DNA of 64,000 nt from Pecten maximus (taxonomy: Eukaryota). The stretch is from positions 27,590,001 to 27,654,000 of the forward strand of contig NC_047018.1 in the NCBI RefSeq assembly GCF_902652985.1, written 5' to 3'. The notes below the pieces were generated by a model. That model ran no database searches. It saw nothing but the letters and a program-made list of their open reading frames with translations, and had not been told where the DNA came from. Position 1 is the stretch's first letter. Each line of letters starts with the position of its first letter. Below are positions 60,711-64,000 of the stretch, one piece after another. A program made the position numbers and the translations under genes.

Positions 60711-61757
60711 GTATGTTTATTAGATTGGCACTGAAAACATCAAATTTAAACTGTTCCCTTTTAAAACTGTCATTACAATTGATAAAGTACACAAGGCCTA
60801 CTGTAGTGCGCATATACAGCAGCATCGAACATCATGTGACTATCTGACATGACTGCATGATGTTGATTTCATTTTTTTATCATGATCGCTCATCTGCGCA
60901 ATGTCACCACTCACCATCCATTGAATAATTTGCCATTTTCGCCCCGTTACCCCACTACATGCATAAGCCTCGATACACCATAGTGCAGTGATAGTGTACC
61001 GACCGCAAGCCGTTCAAATAAAAAGAACTTCCCCGAAGTAAGTCAAAAAATCTATGTGCCGAAACGAAAGTGCCGAGATGACCCGTTGTCAACTTTTAAA
61101 ATCTTTTAAATCCAATGTTTATTATCTTTTGGCTTGTCTTCTCTATGCCTAACCACATTATCACGTGACATGATCATCAAATAGATGAAGAATAAAGGTG
61201 GTGTAGAAGCTCATAGCTTATACAGACCGAAGATCAGGTAAATTAATTTCATTATTATGTAGCTGTGATAACATATATAGCTATGGACGACGGACGGACA
61301 ATTTCTGACAGATGGTCGTTGTCAGGGCTACGATTCCCTTCCATTGGCGATTGTGTTGCAAAACAACGAACCTTGAAAATGGTACAAATTATAGCGGATG
61401 TCGTGTGACTTTGGAGTAATATTTAGTATAATTAAACATTTCTTATGTACTTTTAGCAATGTATTAGGCTACCGTCACATCTGAAAATCTTTAATTCACA
61501 CATTCCAATATTATACTATTGAGTTGTCTCCGTAATCCACCATAATACTTCTCGGGAGAACTCTTGTGAGGATGCTTATCCAAATATGGTATGCGTCATC
61601 ATAAATGGATGAAGCTACTACAATTAAAGAAAACATAATCAGAGAAAGTTTAACCAGTTTTTAGGTGCTGTGAAACAGCCACCTAAGGCAATCGTCGATA
61701 AAACGAATTCATTCAGAACTCTCGGAGGAATCAAAATGTCACTAACAATATACTAGA

Positions 61758-63824
61758 TGTAACAGAGCGCATGATTAATTAAATTTGAATCACTGCCTCC
61801 GCTAGGGATTGAACCTTAGACCTCTGGCTTACTAGTCTTACGCTCAACTGATCGAGCTGAAGAGAAGATCTCTCTAGTCGAGCGGTATATTGCGACTAGT
61901 ATTTACCATGGTTACGTATACACACTCCCTCTCCAGGAAAGAACTCGTCCTCGAGTTTCCAGGGGTAACAGCGATGTTTGTGGAGCGATGCTGAGTATTT
62001 TTCCTGGGTCCCCACGTCAGTGTTCCAGCTAGGTCGGGTTAGCAGGGCGCGGCGCCCTGCCCCTAATTCAAAGTTAGAAATGCGCCCCGCCCCTTTTCCT
62101 GTAGTACTGCCCTTTTTCTAAGTGTCATTGGTGCTCATTTTGCCTCGTATACTCTAGATCCGATTTGCTGAAGCCATGCAATATACAGTCAGTCACTAAT
62201 TGGCCACCTGTAACACCAGTCCCCTTACCTGTAGACCTTTATCCACGGTACTGATGGACGCTGCCCGAGGCAGAGATCGGTCAGCTGGGGATCGAGCTGG
62301 TGTTTTAATAGATTCATTTAACCGTGACGAGTCGATAGGATCGATTGGTAATCCAATTAAATCATAATCACGAAGGCATTTTGGAGATGGACAAAGTAAT
62401 GATAATGGATGGAAATGTTGTTTTACTTATGTAAACAACTTTTGACAAGACCGAAAAGAGCCGCACGTTTGTCATAAAGTTATCCCATGAGCATGTGTGC
62501 AATTGGCAATCGATCTATATATCTTTGAAATTTTCTTCACATGACAACACGAAATCCTTCTGGTGTAAACCAAGCAACTTTTAAGTAAATGATCATGAGA
62601 TCACTTTCCAGTGATTTTCCAGTGATCAAAATTAGCTTTCGGTTGATTTTATTTGATGAAGTTTGGCGGGACGCCGGAAATGGTTCGTTGTAAATGCAGA
62701 TGTCGCAAATTCCTTTGTTGGATTGATGGATTTCTATACAAAATGTTTATTTTATCTGCTGATGTGAATAATGGTTGCAAAAGTTTAGTTTATATTGTGT
62801 TATTTTCGTATCTGAAATGCCGACTCTGCATTAACTGCGGGTCATGTGATAGCCAAGTGATTACATTTCTACAACACGCGGGGACCGTTTGTTTACGAGA
62901 GCAACAGAACAAATGTTTGAACAGAAACTCGCGAATCATGATCGGCCCTAATTCGTTTACCATTTCTTTTAATTAATTCAAGAAAATGTTAACATGCTAT
63001 AATTTCCTGATTTTAGTTTACCGTTATTTCTAAAGAGTCTAAAGTGAAAGTAGAAATTTACCGCCGCTTACAAGATACATCGTAGTTATTTGGACGAAGT
63101 TTATTCAGATATTAAATAATAGAATTTCTTTTACTTAATCATTTTTTTCTCGTATATGCTTGATCACCTTTTCTCTTTTGCTCTATAATATCTTCACTTA
63201 CAATTAGTCGTCTTGCAATCACAACGGACAGACTAACTTCTGGTTGAAAATATCGCTCTGTTGACTATAATATGATAGTAACTTTTTGATTGGTCGTAAT
63301 TATCGTATATGGATTCTCTCAATACACCCTTAAATTGAAATAATGCTAATATCATTTTATTTTTGAATTATTCTAGGTCATAACTTTTACCATCAAAATT
63401 TAAAACAATATTTGAAGAATAAAGAGAAGAAAGAAGACATTTTTACACACAAACGAAATAATAATAAAAAATCAACAGATTTCTATTTGTCTCTTATGAA
63501 TCAGGTCATATGTAATGCATGGATGTACTTAAATTGTTCTGTAAAATAAGGTAGGAGATGGATAGGCCCGGAAAAAATGTCGCGCACAAAAATGCCCTTT
63601 TTTTAGGCAGCGCCCTGCCCTTTTCAAATCCTAGCTAGAACACTGCACGTGGGCGCCATTGAAACAGAGCGCATGATTAATTAAATTTAAATCACTGCCT
63701 CCGGATCCGCTAGGGATCGAACCAGGGACCTCTGGCTTAATAGTCTAACGCTCAACCGATCCAGCTAAAGAGAAGATCTCTCTAGCCCAGCGGTATATTG
63801 TGGCTAGTATTTACCATGGTTACA
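61758..63824 (-). mobile_element. Helenus-type TRIM (miniature LTR retrotransposon with tRNA-like LTRs), interrupted by a nested DNA element
   Basis: LTRs 61758-61916 and 63660-63824, outer ends TGTAAC...GTTACA, TSD TAGA (61754-57, 63825-28), PBS TGGCGCCCACGTGGGG, PPT GGAGAGGGAG, A/B boxes within the LTRs. Confidence 0.88.
62018..63645. mobile_element. 1628-bp non-autonomous TIR DNA transposon with 5-bp TSD CACGT (hAT5-like)
   Basis: TIRs CAGTGTTCCAGCTAGG / CCTAGCTAGAACACTG (15/16 match); CACGT at 62013-17 and 63646-50; sub-terminal GCGCCCTGCCC motifs at both ends; no transposase ORF. Confidence 0.85.
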
Positions 63825-64000
63825 TAGACAATGATATCACTGCGAAGAATTTGTTTGCGATTAAGTAACATATGATTCACGCTTTTATATGTTTGAAGAC
63901 ATTTGCTAAAGATAATTAAATTATTGAAAAACAGTTAAAATCATACATAATGACCTGTTTTATCCTTGAGTATTCCCAACTATTTTATGTGCAAATTATT

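Noticed and set aside
61795-61865. tRNA gene call for the tRNA-like segments (also 63696-63773 and 59958-60036)
   Set aside because: Acceptor stem does not pair convincingly and the segments are embedded in LTR-like repeats; treated as mobile-element parts.

Overview
AT-rich, intron-containing animal genomic DNA; the repeat landscape suggests a bivalve mollusc (inference). About 40% of the window is tandem repeat, including 43-bp, 26-bp, 42-bp and C-rich ~33-bp arrays, and these explain almost all long ORFs in the supplied track. Supported genes: (1) a 264-aa single-coding-exon protein of unknown function (+, 16242-17036); (2) a 1128-aa protein with ~12 atypical C2H2 zinc fingers (+, 39656-43042); (3) a complete 12-exon PRIM2 (DNA primase large subunit) on the minus strand (60510 to 46859, ~519 aa), assembled by hand from GT-AG boundaries, with an apparent 1-nt frameshift in exon 11; (4) a probable first coding exon of LMBRD1 (+, 60651-60710), head-to-head with PRIM2 and absent from the ORF track. 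Most notable non-genic observations: a complete miniature LTR retrotransposon whose LTRs carry a tRNA-like Pol III cassette (Helenus-type TRIM, 4-bp TSD), with its tRNA-Lys primer-binding site split by a 1.6-kb TIR element; a 53-bp minisatellite that amplifies the PRIM2 exon 5 end plus splice donor 18 times; a TIR element whose 5-bp TSD duplicates the exon 2 donor core GTAAG; and a cluster of fold-back elements sharing TAAG..CTTA ends. No prokaryotic-type system or CRISPR array is present. Homology calls come from recall of the families, not from database searches.
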